Below, piece after piece: positions 8,013 through 17,275 of a stretch of 22,226 bases of DNA. Position 1 is the stretch's first letter; every line of letters starts with the position of its first letter. Source of the stretch: a virus; the IMG/VR virus record IMGVR_UViG_3300028024_000006, positions 72,238 through 94,463 of that record; one strand, 5' to 3'. Both the position numbers and the translations under genes were made by a program. The notes beneath the pieces are model-generated. The model had not been told where the DNA came from, made no database searches, and saw only the letters and a list, made by a program, of their open reading frames with translations.

Positions 8013-8585
8013 TTACTCGTGCCCTTCGCCTTCGAAGTGATGGATGGTTTCTGTTCTCGAAAACACATAGCCCTCACGGCCATAGCGCTTCGCAATCCAC
8101 AGCGGGAACGGCATGTCGTGAATGCCGTCGTTCTTTGCCGTGTGATGCTGTTTCGTGAGCAACATGCCGTTGACGGTCATGTCGTCAACGAACAGATACG
8201 GATCGCGCGGCTCGACAATCTGAACGTCGTTTTCAAGCGGATGTAGTGCCGGAATAACCGTCACCTTTGCATCTCGGAAAAAGCCGTCCCAGTCGAACGC
8301 CTGCGCGTGCGGACCCCACTGGCCTTTCTTGCAGTCGAAGGCGAAGCGGGGCCAGTCCCACATGTTCGCCATCGAACGCTCGACAGGGTAGTGATGTGCT
8401 TCGAGCGGATGGCCCGATTGCTCTGCCGTCGCGCCGGAAATGAAACAGCGGCCACCTTCGCGCTCAATCAGCAGCTTCTTGCTGCGCGTGAAAAGCGCTG
8501 TCGTCGTGCGTGCTTCGTGCCCCGGAATGTTGACTTCGACTGCGAGCGTTTCGCGCTCGACGTGTACCTTTTCGACTTCACTCAC
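8013..8585 (-). CDS. HNH-like fold protein
   Basis: GTGA overlap with the endolysin stop; RCFIS...LEAHH...LLTKQHH...GIH pattern. Confidence 0.6.
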   Translation of the reverse strand: MSEVEKVHVERETLAVEVNIPGHEARTTTALFTRSKKLLIEREGGRCFISGATAEQSGHPLEAHHYPVERSMANMWDWPRFAFDCKKGQWGPHAQAFDWDGFFRDAKVTVIPALHPLENDVQIVEPRDPYLFVDDMTVNGMLLTKQHHTAKNDGIHDMPFPLWIAKRYGREGYVFSRTETIHHFEGEGHE

Positions 8586-9220
8586 ACGATCACCTGTTTG
8601 GTTAGTTGCCACAGTCCAATGCGCTTGTCGCCGCCGATATCGCCGCCGTTGACAATCTTTGTCGTGCCGTTGAAATTGCCCTTGTCGGCAATCTCATTCA
8701 GCCCGTGAGACTTCCAGAAGTACGCCGCCGCGCGGGCCGCGTTGACCGGTTCAGTGAGCAGGTCCGGGTTCGCCACGCACGGGATGCACAGCGCGCGTTC
8801 GGTCGCCTGATAGTTCGCCTTGCCGGTAGACTGGATCGGCGAGCGCCCGCGATAGCGCCAGCCGTCGCCGCTCGCTTCGTCCCCATTGCCGAGCCGGTTC
8901 GCATATACGTTGTTCGCGATGGCTTCCGGCATGCGCGCGAGCTTCAGCGCGAGCGCATTCGGCGCACCGCCGCGCTTGCCAGTCACCGAGTAGCGATCCC
9001 AGGTGTTCGCGAGCCCCGCTGCCGAATAGTTCAGGCTCTCCACCAGCGTGGACAGGCCCGCCGACTCGTGCATGATCTGCGCGAGAAACATTTCAACGCG
9101 CTGTTCGGTCGTGATCGAAAACTCAACCATTGCCGCATTGAGCGGATCGACCCATTGCGCAAAATTGGCGGTTGAAGTCGGCGCAATACGGCGTAGCTGC
9201 GCAAGCGAAACACTCGTCAT
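8582..9220 (-). CDS. Glycoside hydrolase family 19 endolysin
   Basis: FLAQIMHES, ESLNYS, DGWRYRGRSPIQSTGKANY, NPDLL, AAAYFW, TKIVNGG. Confidence 0.92.
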   Translation of the reverse strand: MTSVSLAQLRRIAPTSTANFAQWVDPLNAAMVEFSITTEQRVEMFLAQIMHESAGLSTLVESLNYSAAGLANTWDRYSVTGKRGGAPNALALKLARMPEAIANNVYANRLGNGDEASGDGWRYRGRSPIQSTGKANYQATERALCIPCVANPDLLTEPVNAARAAAYFWKSHGLNEIADKGNFNGTTKIVNGGDIGGDKRIGLWQLTKQVIV

Positions 9221-9684
9221 TTCGTTTCCCTCGCGGACAGGTCCGGGTCAGGATCACCCGGTATGTTGGCCGGTTCATCAACGCCGAACAGCCCGGACAT
9301 GCGCTTGAGGAACATCGCGAGCGCCGGTTCGAGCACGCGCGAGCCGCCATAACCGCCTAGCGTGATAAGCCCGGCCTGCACGACGGACGGCCATTCGAAA
9401 TACGACCCCGCGAAGAAAATCAGCAGGCCAATCACAATCGACGTGAGCACGTCCTTGACGACTTCGAGCGGCACGCTCTTTACATGCACGTTCGGCGAAG
9501 CCAGCTTTGATGCGGTCCACGCAGCGCCGCCGATGCACGCCAGCAGGATCGAGATAGCGACCGCAGCGGGCGGAATGTCGCGCAGGTCACTGACGAACGT
9601 GGCCTGAGCGGCGTAGGCCGCGAGCGACCAGAAGAGCAGAAGCCAGAACGAGACGAAGGCTTTCAGTTGAACAGGGGTCGGCAT
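9217..9684 (-). CDS. Holin-like multi-TM protein
   Basis: ATG 9684 after AAGGA; 3-4 hydrophobic segments; GGYGGSRVL; ATGA overlap with the endolysin. Confidence 0.7.
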   Translation of the reverse strand: MPTPVQLKAFVSFWLLLFWSLAAYAAQATFVSDLRDIPPAAVAISILLACIGGAAWTASKLASPNVHVKSVPLEVVKDVLTSIVIGLLIFFAGSYFEWPSVVQAGLITLGGYGGSRVLEPALAMFLKRMSGLFGVDEPANIPGDPDPDLSARETK

Positions 9685-10112
9685 ACGGCTTCCTTTTTCA
9701 CATCGAGAGAACGCTGGTACGCGTCCAGCAGAGAAAAGCCGACGACAAAAACCGCGTTCCACAGGCTATGCAGCGCGAGCCCGACAGAAGCGACCTTCAG
9801 AACGGCAATGAAGACGAGACAGGTATGGCAGAACGCGAGCCCGGCAAAACCGAAATGGCGATTCGTGCGCGCGGACTCGAAGAGAGGGGGGCGTTTGAGT
9901 GCATTCGCCGCATCATTGAACACGATATCGAGAATGCCCACCACGCCACACACAAACATCATCCAGAGCACCATTTCCCCTTCGGGAAAGGTCGCCACAA
10001 GGGCATTCATGGATCGGGGCTCATGGATGCCCATAAACCACATGAGTACAGCCATGCCGCAGATATAGAGCCGGAATACCGAGCTTGCGATACAGCCTTG
10101 GCGCGAGTTCAT
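9663..10112 (-). CDS. Four-TM membrane protein (holin/antiholin candidate)
   Basis: Four hydrophobic stretches; first gene of the lysis cluster. Confidence 0.65.
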   Translation of the reverse strand: MNSRQGCIASSVFRLYICGMAVLMWFMGIHEPRSMNALVATFPEGEMVLWMMFVCGVVGILDIVFNDAANALKRPPLFESARTNRHFGFAGLAFCHTCLVFIAVLKVASVGLALHSLWNAVFVVGFSLLDAYQRSLDVKKEAVCRPLFN

Positions 10113-10150
10113 GGGAAACCTTGTTCAGAGTGTCGGGGGACGGCAGCGGG

Positions 10151-10402
10151 TCAGAAACCCCGCCGCCGCGCGACGACTTGCCCAAGGCTTGAGATGGACT
10201 TGACTACGTTATCGAGCCGTTCGCAGACCGCAAGATGCGCGCGGTTTTCAGCTTCACGAGAACGCTTCCAGTCCTTGAACTGCTTCGATTCGAAGACGGT
10301 CTTTATGTCCGACCTTCGCATCGTCATAGCCTTGTCGAAGTCGATACCGAAGTTTAAGAACAGGTTTGAGGCGCACTCTTTAAGATTTTCCAGTGATTGC
10401 AA
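10151..10402 (-). CDS. Small ORF overlapping the tail chaperone in the +1 frame (possible frameshift extension)
   Basis: TTG start without a clear SD; this frame is open back to about 10480. Confidence 0.55.
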   Translation of the reverse strand: MQSLENLKECASNLFLNFGIDFDKAMTMRRSDIKTVFESKQFKDWKRSREAENRAHLAVCERLDNVVKSISSLGQVVARRRGF

Positions 10403-11135
10403 GCGCCAGTTCAGAGAAGCCTGAATGAACGAGAAATCGCGCCGCAGGCAAAGCGCCTGCGACGTCCTTTGGCGTGACGATCACGCCTTCTGCATCAAAC
10501 CAGACCCGGAAAAACTGTGCGGATTGTTCCTTCGCGAGCCGGAATTGCGCATAGAGCGCTTCCGAGTCGGACGCGGGCAGCGAGCGCATGATTTCGATAC
10601 GCTTCGCGAGCCAGGCAGAATACTCTTCGATGTCGGCAATCGGGTCGGGCCGCTCTTCGGTTTCGCGGCTCAGTTCAATCGCCATGAGCCCCAGTAGCCA
10701 CAGAACGCGACCCGGCAGCGCGGAACTGAAGCGAAGCTCTTCAAGCGCTTCGAGCGCAGCGCCCGTCGCCGGGCGAAAGTGCCATTTTTCGCCGATGGCG
10801 TCGAATTCGACCGGCTCAATCGGATCACTGTCGCGAATGAGGTAATCGCCGAGTTTCGTGCTTTCGGTGACGGCGTAGTTCGGCCCGTCTTCACGGACGG
10901 CGCGGTTGTAGTGGGCGAGGGCGAGGTAACGCTCGCCCACCGACCACGCGCGCGGGTCTGCAATATGTCGCTCAGACGGCGTGTCGGCGCGATCCACCGC
11001 AAGCCGCAGGAATTCGGAAAGGGCTTTTTCGTGCGAGCCATCGGGCAGGTGACACAGTTCGATTTCGTCGCCGATGGCAAGCTCACGCATGCGCACTTCG
11101 AGGCGCGCCGTGCGCAGCACGTCAATAACAATCAT
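10380..11135 (-). CDS. P1 Pmg-like morphogenesis protein, probable tail/baseplate assembly chaperone
   Basis: ATGA overlap at 11132-11135; DPRAWSVGERYLAL and WHFRPATGAALEALE resemble a P1 Pmg (PmgB/PmgC) protein as recalled. Confidence 0.6.
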   Translation of the reverse strand: MIVIDVLRTARLEVRMRELAIGDEIELCHLPDGSHEKALSEFLRLAVDRADTPSERHIADPRAWSVGERYLALAHYNRAVREDGPNYAVTESTKLGDYLIRDSDPIEPVEFDAIGEKWHFRPATGAALEALEELRFSSALPGRVLWLLGLMAIELSRETEERPDPIADIEEYSAWLAKRIEIMRSLPASDSEALYAQFRLAKEQSAQFFRVWFDAEGVIVTPKDVAGALPAARFLVHSGFSELALAITGKS

Positions 11136-11962
11136 AGGTAGAGGGCTCGAATATCGCGCCGATCCCATGCCGCGAGGCTTGAAATCGTCGCTTGCACGCT
11201 GCACGAAATCATGACGCCCGATTCGTCGCGCGGGTTGGTAATCGGTTTCCCCAAACTCTCAATCACCATCGGCGCATACAGCATGTCGCCGTACTTCATG
11301 CCGAGAATCTGCGGAACCACGGAGGGGTAAATCGTCTGTAAAACGCCATTGCTTCCGCCCGACTGAACCGCATTGCCAATCACGCCATCATTGGCGAGCA
11401 GTTGCGGCACGGCCCACTCTTCGAGTTGCGCGATAGGGTCGCGAACTTCGCCCAGCGGGTCCGAGACGGCACGAAAATGCAGTGTCACCGAGAGCTTGAC
11501 CGGAGGCATTCCGGTAAAGGTCTGCGTGCTGTTGAGCTTGGTAATGCCGGTGCGGCCCTGCGCCTGCGCCAGCGCGGAGAGCGCCTTGTCGGCACTCGTG
11601 GTGCCGCCGCTGAACTTGTCTACGAATGCCTGCAAGACTGGCGTCAGTGCGCCAGACTGAAGCATCGCGGATAAGGTCGGGGCCTTCGATTCGGCCCCGG
11701 CTCCCTCGAACGGGCTCGTCCAGTTGAACGACATTTCCTGCTGGCCGTCCGTCAACGGGCAATGCACTTCGAAGCCGTCATCCACCGTGAAATTGTCGCT
11801 GGCGGACAGCGTGTGCGTGTCGCGGCTTTGCTCCCACCCGTCACCTGACTGCATGCGCTTGAGCGGGTAGAAGACGGCTATCAGCTTTGGCGACAAGCCG
11901 CCCCAGTCCGAAGACAGGACACGGCTCGAAGAGCTTCCCGAAAGACGGTCGGCGGACGGCAT
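11132..11962 (-). CDS. P1 PmgG-like baseplate/tube-initiator protein
   Basis: NWTSPFEG...NSTQTFTGMPP...DPLGEVRDPIAQL...PRDESG resemble recalled PmgG motifs; P1 synteny 23-22-21-pmgG. Confidence 0.6.
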   Translation of the reverse strand: MPSADRLSGSSSSRVLSSDWGGLSPKLIAVFYPLKRMQSGDGWEQSRDTHTLSASDNFTVDDGFEVHCPLTDGQQEMSFNWTSPFEGAGAESKAPTLSAMLQSGALTPVLQAFVDKFSGGTTSADKALSALAQAQGRTGITKLNSTQTFTGMPPVKLSVTLHFRAVSDPLGEVRDPIAQLEEWAVPQLLANDGVIGNAVQSGGSNGVLQTIYPSVVPQILGMKYGDMLYAPMVIESLGKPITNPRDESGVMISCSVQATISSLAAWDRRDIRALYL

Positions 11963-12688
11963 TTACAGCCCGGCCTTCGAACGCAGGCGCATGGACTTCA
12001 TGCGCTTGATGGTCGCCGCCGCCGTGTGCGACTTGCGCTGCATCTTGCGAACGGAAATCTTCTGCTTGGCCGTCAGGCGCACGTTGCCGCTGATACGCTT
12101 GTTGATCTTCGTCTTCTTGCCGTTTTTGAACACCAGCTTTTTCTTGTACACCGCGTCATACAGGAATTCGCCAGCGGTCGAGTCGAAAATCGCGCTCGCG
12201 CTATCGTCATCGAACGCAAACGCATCGATATCGGCAGCGGCTTCCTCATCGTCGCTCGGAATCGACTCAGCGAGCAGGTCCTTGACCCGCGCGGCAGCGT
12301 CTGCATCCCAGTTGTTAAGCAGCGCATCGAGGTCGTCATCCGATGCGCCCTTAGCCGACATGTAATCCCAAACGGAATTGAGTAGGACTTCGGCGACCTG
12401 GGCTTCGTCGTCCGAGAGTTCGCCGTCCTTGTCCGCGTCCACCGCGCCGATCACTAGCATCATGAGACGGGTGGCAAGCGTCTCGTCGTCGGCGAGGTCA
12501 TCGGTCGCAGCAAATTCCTGCGCGATGGCCGCAGCGGTCACCCGAATCTGCGAGTTCGCATAGTCCGCAGCGGGGCCGGGAGCGTCGTCGTCGCCGGTAT
12601 CGTCCATAACATACTTGCCCTTGACGGGCTTGGGTTCGGGCGTCAGCAGGTTACGCATGAGGTCCGAAGCAGCATTGAAGTTGCGCAT
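11963..12688 (-). CDS. P1 gp21-like protein (acidic body, very basic C-terminus)
   Basis: Basic tail RLTAKQKISVRKMQRKSHTAAATIKRMKSMRLR; position directly after the sheath gene as in P1. Confidence 0.65.
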   Translation of the reverse strand: MRNFNAASDLMRNLLTPEPKPVKGKYVMDDTGDDDAPGPAADYANSQIRVTAAAIAQEFAATDDLADDETLATRLMMLVIGAVDADKDGELSDDEAQVAEVLLNSVWDYMSAKGASDDDLDALLNNWDADAAARVKDLLAESIPSDDEEAAADIDAFAFDDDSASAIFDSTAGEFLYDAVYKKKLVFKNGKKTKINKRISGNVRLTAKQKISVRKMQRKSHTAAATIKRMKSMRLRSKAGL

Positions 12689-12697
12689 GATTGATCC

Positions 12698-14332
12698 TTA
12701 TTGCGAAATGGTTTGCTGAACATAGGTTGCACGGTTCACGCCGTCGAAATGCACGCCGTAAGCGATATCCATGCGATCTGCCGGGCGTTGCGCGTTGCGC
12801 GTCACCGTGAAGGCGTAGCCCGTGTTGCCAAGCGCCGGATCGTCGGATGCGACGAGCCAGCCGGACGCGCGCGCGCCGTCGAGCAGACCCTTGATGAACT
12901 TCTCGGTGCGCGAAATGGCGATATCCATCGGCAGTTGCAGGTTGGCCTTGGCTTGCTTCGCGATCATGTCGTCCAGCGACGACGACATTTCCGCGACCGT
13001 GACCAGCTTGCGATAGCCGTTGGTTTGCGCAGCGGTCAGCGAGTCGTAGAACACGAAGCCGTTACCGTCGTTGTAGCTTTGGTAAATCACCGGGTTGATC
13101 TTCGCGTCTGCGAGGTCCGACAGCGCGAATTCGTCCGGGTTGGAAAGCTGTTCGACGCCGGTACGGTTGATCGCCCAGTCCTTACCCGCAATCGGGTAGT
13201 TCTTGGGTGCCAGCCCATAGCTGTTGGTCTGTGCGTTACGCGAGCAGCGCAGGCCCGCTTGCAGGCCCGACGTGCCGATCACGGCGCGCCCACCGTTGAT
13301 CGGGTCATCAGTGCGCAGCGGTGCCCAGTAGTACTGCACCAGGTGAGCATTCGCCCCGGTAATACCCAGTTGCGCTACCCACGTCGCCGCCGCGTCCGAC
13401 GTCAGGTCGCCCGGTACGTCGATGATGAAATTCCGGTTCGCACGCATGTTCAGGGTGGCGAGCTTACCGATAAGCGCGGTCGCCTGCGTGCCCGCCGAAA
13501 CCGCGTAGCCGTAGTCGAGCGTTCCGTTTTCGAGTGCGGCAATCGTGCGGTCGTAATCGTCGCTCGTGTAGGCCGTGCCGCCTTCTGTGAAGAGAACCAG
13601 CGGATTAGCATTTGCAGAGAGGTTGGTCGAGCCGTCTGCCGCCTTGCCGTAGCATTCAGCAGTTGTCGCAATGCTCGCGGTCTGCGACGTCACGATGGTG
13701 ATGTTCGGCGTGAGCGCCGCCATTTTGGCGACAAGCGAATTGTCCTTGCCGTATTCGTCCACCGCCGAATCATCGAGCGAGCCCGTGACCTCATAGCGAA
13801 TCGTGCCGTCCGGTTCCTTGATGCGCAGCGTAATCATCTTCGAGGCGACGGGCATATTCGTCCCGTCCACGGCCTTGAGCGCATTGACTTCGAACAGTAC
13901 GCCGTCATTGAAGCATTCGAGGTCTTTCAGATAGAACACAAATGGCGCGACAGGGGCAGCAGCCGATGCCGTGAAAGCGCCGATCCCGCTCGTCGTATCC
14001 ACAGTGAACACAGCAAACGAGTTCACCGCCGTGGATGCAGACAGGCGCGACACAACCGCTTCACGCGCGCCGTTGTTTACCGCTTCGTACAGGTGGACAT
14101 ACGCTTCGTTAAGCGCCGAGACGCGCAACGATTCCGATGCGCCGAGTTTGCGCTTCAGGTTGCCACGGTTGACCTTGAACGGCATGTCGATACGCCCGCG
14201 CTTAAAGCGGCCCATGACGGCGGTCGTCTGGTCGCTCACTTCGGTTACAAAGCTGTCCGTATTGTCCCGAGGCGGGTTCAATTGAACGCCAGACTGCGAG
14301 CCCAGTTGGCGAGTGTGCGAATAGAAAGGCAT
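12698..14332 (-). CDS. Contractile tail sheath protein (P1 gp22-like)
   Basis: 544 aa; GRFKRG near the N-terminus, YPIAG, KINPV and sheath-type C-terminus; synteny. Confidence 0.8.
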   Translation of the reverse strand: MPFYSHTRQLGSQSGVQLNPPRDNTDSFVTEVSDQTTAVMGRFKRGRIDMPFKVNRGNLKRKLGASESLRVSALNEAYVHLYEAVNNGAREAVVSRLSASTAVNSFAVFTVDTTSGIGAFTASAAAPVAPFVFYLKDLECFNDGVLFEVNALKAVDGTNMPVASKMITLRIKEPDGTIRYEVTGSLDDSAVDEYGKDNSLVAKMAALTPNITIVTSQTASIATTAECYGKAADGSTNLSANANPLVLFTEGGTAYTSDDYDRTIAALENGTLDYGYAVSAGTQATALIGKLATLNMRANRNFIIDVPGDLTSDAAATWVAQLGITGANAHLVQYYWAPLRTDDPINGGRAVIGTSGLQAGLRCSRNAQTNSYGLAPKNYPIAGKDWAINRTGVEQLSNPDEFALSDLADAKINPVIYQSYNDGNGFVFYDSLTAAQTNGYRKLVTVAEMSSSLDDMIAKQAKANLQLPMDIAISRTEKFIKGLLDGARASGWLVASDDPALGNTGYAFTVTRNAQRPADRMDIAYGVHFDGVNRATYVQQTISQ

Positions 14333-14368
14333 GTTTTTTCCCTTGAACCCGGTCGGTGAGGTGGGTAA

Positions 14369-14926
14369 TTAGGCTTGGTCGTCTTCGATTTCGACCACGC
14401 GCAGCGCATGCGGCTTTTCTTCCTCGCCTTCTGCGGCAGGGACCGGTCGATAGTGGTCGCTGATCTTCAGGAGGTTCAGACAGTTCTGGCGCAGGCCGTG
14501 CAGGTCGTCTTCATGGCGGACATGGATAACGACGGAGGATGCGGGTGCGACGTGCTTGCGAACAACCCACTGCTGGGCGGTTTCATTCACAAGCAGCATG
14601 TCGCGCGGGAAGGTGCGGGAAGCGGCACGCGCGGCGGCATCGGCGTCGGCTTCGGCAGCAGCCCGCGCAGCGGCTGCGCGTTCGGCTTCCTCGCGCTCGC
14701 GTGCGGCAGCTTCCTCGCGTTCGCGCGCTTCGGCTTGTCTCTTCGCTTCGGCTTCGGCTTCAGCGCGGGCCTGTGCTTCAGCAGCGGCGGCGGCAGCGAG
14801 CGCTGCGGCGTCCGGTGCGCCGGTATCACCCGATCCGGCATCGTTGCCGCCAGTGTTGGTGGGCAGGTTGGTCGGTTGCTTGTCGGCGGCTTTTGCCTTC
14901 GATGCGGTCGTTGCAGTCTTAGCCAC
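14369..14926 (-). CDS. Ala/Glu-rich hypothetical protein
   Basis: GTG start after AAGGA; low-complexity helical centre; lies between capsid and sheath genes. Confidence 0.65.
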   Translation of the reverse strand: MAKTATTASKAKAADKQPTNLPTNTGGNDAGSGDTGAPDAAALAAAAAAEAQARAEAEAEAKRQAEAREREEAAAREREEAERAAAARAAAEADADAAARAASRTFPRDMLLVNETAQQWVVRKHVAPASSVVIHVRHEDDLHGLRQNCLNLLKISDHYRPVPAAEGEEEKPHALRVVEIEDDQA

Positions 14927-14952
14927 GGCGGTTCCTTAAGTCGGTTTGGAAA

Positions 14953-14983
14953 CGGCGGCATTGGCCTGGGACCAATGCCGCCG
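14953..14983 (-). terminator. Strong hairpin downstream of the capsid gene (attenuator or stability element)
   Basis: 12-bp perfect stem CGGCGGCATTGG/CCAATGCCGCCG with only a short TTT tract on the - strand. Confidence 0.6.
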
Positions 14984-15014
14984 CGTTCACTGCTTCACGT
15001 CTCGCGATGAACGC

Positions 15015-16655
15015 TTACGCGGGCATCAGGTTCGTCACGGTGATGACTGCGCAGCCCAGTTGCGACATGAGGTGCGGGTTCACAGCGTTGAACGAGCGCG
15101 AGTTGAAGCCGTAACCGGTCTTCAGGGTTTCCGTCGTGCCCAGCGGCTCGAACATCGGGGCAGAGGCATCGCCCATGATGATCGGGCAGCGCGCCGTCTG
15201 CGTGGAGCGGCCCACGGCGATGATTTCCGATGTCGAGCCGTCCGGCGCTTCATTGACGACCTTCGGCGTGTAATAGACCTCGTACAGACCGAACAGGCGA
15301 CCCACGCGGAAAATACCCGGACGGTCGGTGATACCGGACGACACGAACAGCGTCGAGTCGAGGCTTCGGCACATTGCGGCAAAGAACTTGCCGACATACA
15401 GATGCGTGATGCCGTGATCCGCCGTGTCTTCGGCCATCTTCTGCGACGCCATGCCGATCACGCTTGCAAAGTCCTGAAGGATTTGCGCGCGGGTCTTCTG
15501 CTGAATCTGGTTCGTGTAGTCGAAGTTGTAAGTCCAGTTGCCCGTGAACTTGCCGACCATCTTGGCTTTCTTCAGCGCGTTGTAATGGCGTTCCATCGCG
15601 TACTGGCCGCGAACTGCCATCATCGCTTCCGCGCCTGCGTCCACGCCGACTTCGTTGGCGAACTGCGAGCGCGCTTCCGGCGTGACCTGGTACGTGACAC
15701 GGAACGGGCTTGCGAACAGTTGGAACACCTGCGCCTGAACCTGCATTTTCGGCGTCTTGGTCGGGTCCGCTTCGTAGTCCACGAATGCTTCAGCCGTCAC
15801 CACCGTGCCAGCCGGGAAAGCCGGGGTAGGCGTAATGCTGACGATCCCCGTGGCGGGCGCAACCGTACCCGTGACGGCGTAGTCGGTGCCCGCGATATTG
15901 ATGCCGCCCACGAGCGGAACCGACGGTGCCGTGCTCGAACCGTTCTGCATTTCCTGAACGACGATCTTGCCGTTCACGTAGACGATGGTGCGCCCACGCA
16001 GCAGATTGACCGCCGCGCCTGCCGCCTGCTGTTCCGTGAAGGAGAACTTGTAGTTCGCCGTGTCGTTCGGCGCGGAGAGTTCCAGCGTGCGCGAGGAACC
16101 AAGGAAGGATTCGCCCTGCGCGATCCCGTCCATCAGGTTGCCCTGGCTGTAGCCACCCCAGTTCGAACCGGCCTGGTGCGACACGATAATCAGACGCGCT
16201 TCGTTCGAGCCGCGATCCGCAGGCAGGTAGCCAGCGAACGGGCAGGCTTCAGCGAGCGCGCCGAGGATCGCGACGATGGGCGCGTTCGGCGTCAGGCTGA
16301 TCTGATCGTGATGGTTGTTCGTCGCCGAGTCGTAGATCGAGCGACCTTGATCGATTGCCGATAGGATCACGTCGCCAGTCGGGCGGAAGCCGTGCTCGCG
16401 CTCGTATGCATTCACGCCGTCGAAAATCGCCTTGACGATATTTTCTTCGGGCAGGGCGGTGAGGCCCAGCAGTTCGTCAATCGCGCGCGGCTTTTCGCCT
16501 GCTTCGTGAGCCATCGTTGCGATGGCAGCGGTCGCGGCGCTCGCCGAGTCGAGCATCATGCCCGGCTGCGCGGTCGATTCGATCACGCCATTCACGAAGC
16601 GCTCGACCGCGCGCTGATCGTGAATCGTGTACTTCGGGGTTTGAGTTCCGTTCAT
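15015..16655 (-). CDS. Major capsid protein (P1 gp23-like)
   Basis: 546 aa; size, position after a late-promoter motif, downstream hairpin and IFRVGRLFGLYEVYYTP segment. Confidence 0.8.
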   Translation of the reverse strand: MNGTQTPKYTIHDQRAVERFVNGVIESTAQPGMMLDSASAATAAIATMAHEAGEKPRAIDELLGLTALPEENIVKAIFDGVNAYEREHGFRPTGDVILSAIDQGRSIYDSATNNHHDQISLTPNAPIVAILGALAEACPFAGYLPADRGSNEARLIIVSHQAGSNWGGYSQGNLMDGIAQGESFLGSSRTLELSAPNDTANYKFSFTEQQAAGAAVNLLRGRTIVYVNGKIVVQEMQNGSSTAPSVPLVGGINIAGTDYAVTGTVAPATGIVSITPTPAFPAGTVVTAEAFVDYEADPTKTPKMQVQAQVFQLFASPFRVTYQVTPEARSQFANEVGVDAGAEAMMAVRGQYAMERHYNALKKAKMVGKFTGNWTYNFDYTNQIQQKTRAQILQDFASVIGMASQKMAEDTADHGITHLYVGKFFAAMCRSLDSTLFVSSGITDRPGIFRVGRLFGLYEVYYTPKVVNEAPDGSTSEIIAVGRSTQTARCPIIMGDASAPMFEPLGTTETLKTGYGFNSRSFNAVNPHLMSQLGCAVITVTNLMPA

Positions 16656-16719
16656 GTTTTACCTGTCAAAAGTGAGTTTTCACAACAAGGACGGAACCCC
16701 GTCCAATTCATTGAGCTTT

Positions 16720-16767
16720 CATTCTCAGCGGCGTTTCTCAGTGCGCTGCGTTGCGTTTTCCTAGCGC
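16720..16767 (-). promoter_or_regulatory. Putative late promoter GCGCTAGGAAAACGCAA-N22-CTGAGAATG (copy A)
   Basis: Identical boxes and identical 22-bp spacer as at 20061-20108; upstream of the capsid gene. Confidence 0.75.
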
Positions 16768-16780
16768 GCGATAACCGGCT

Positions 16781-17263
16781 TTAACCAAGTTCAGCGAGCA
16801 GCCCGTCACGCTTGGAGGTTGCTTCGGCAATGCTTTCGTCCAGTGCGGAAACCTTCGATTGCCACGCGTCGCGCAGCTTCGGAGCCGCCGTGCGCACGGT
16901 CGGCGGCAGCGGGGCCTTGACCTTCGCCATAGCCGCCTGAAACTTGGTGCGCCCCTTGTCCATGAACGCGACGATTTCCTTGATGGCTTCGCCGTGGTCG
17001 TCGGGGTTCTTCAGCGGAACGGCCTTCCCGTTGATGCGTACCTGTGCGACGTCGCCCGACGCATTCACGCCAAAGCGCACGGTCTGCGAATCAGCAAAAC
17101 TGAACTGGACTTCGCGGTACTCGACGCCCAGCGCCTTTTTCGTCTTACCGTCCACGTCCACCGTCGCGACCGTCGCGCCAGCGCGAGCGAACGCCCGGCG
17201 CGCATCGGCGATGGCCTTGTCTTTGTGCGAGAGGTTGTAAATGTCGAAAATCAGGTTTTTCAT
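16781..17263 (-). CDS. Hdf/DarA N-terminal-like protein (defence-against-restriction family)
   Basis: KKALGVEYREVQFSFADSQTV...GDVAQVRINGKAVP resembles the DarA_N pattern as recalled; C-terminal coiled coil. Confidence 0.65.
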   Translation of the reverse strand: MKNLIFDIYNLSHKDKAIADARRAFARAGATVATVDVDGKTKKALGVEYREVQFSFADSQTVRFGVNASGDVAQVRINGKAVPLKNPDDHGEAIKEIVAFMDKGRTKFQAAMAKVKAPLPPTVRTAAPKLRDAWQSKVSALDESIAEATSKRDGLLAELG

Positions 17264-17275
17264 GGGATGCCTTCG

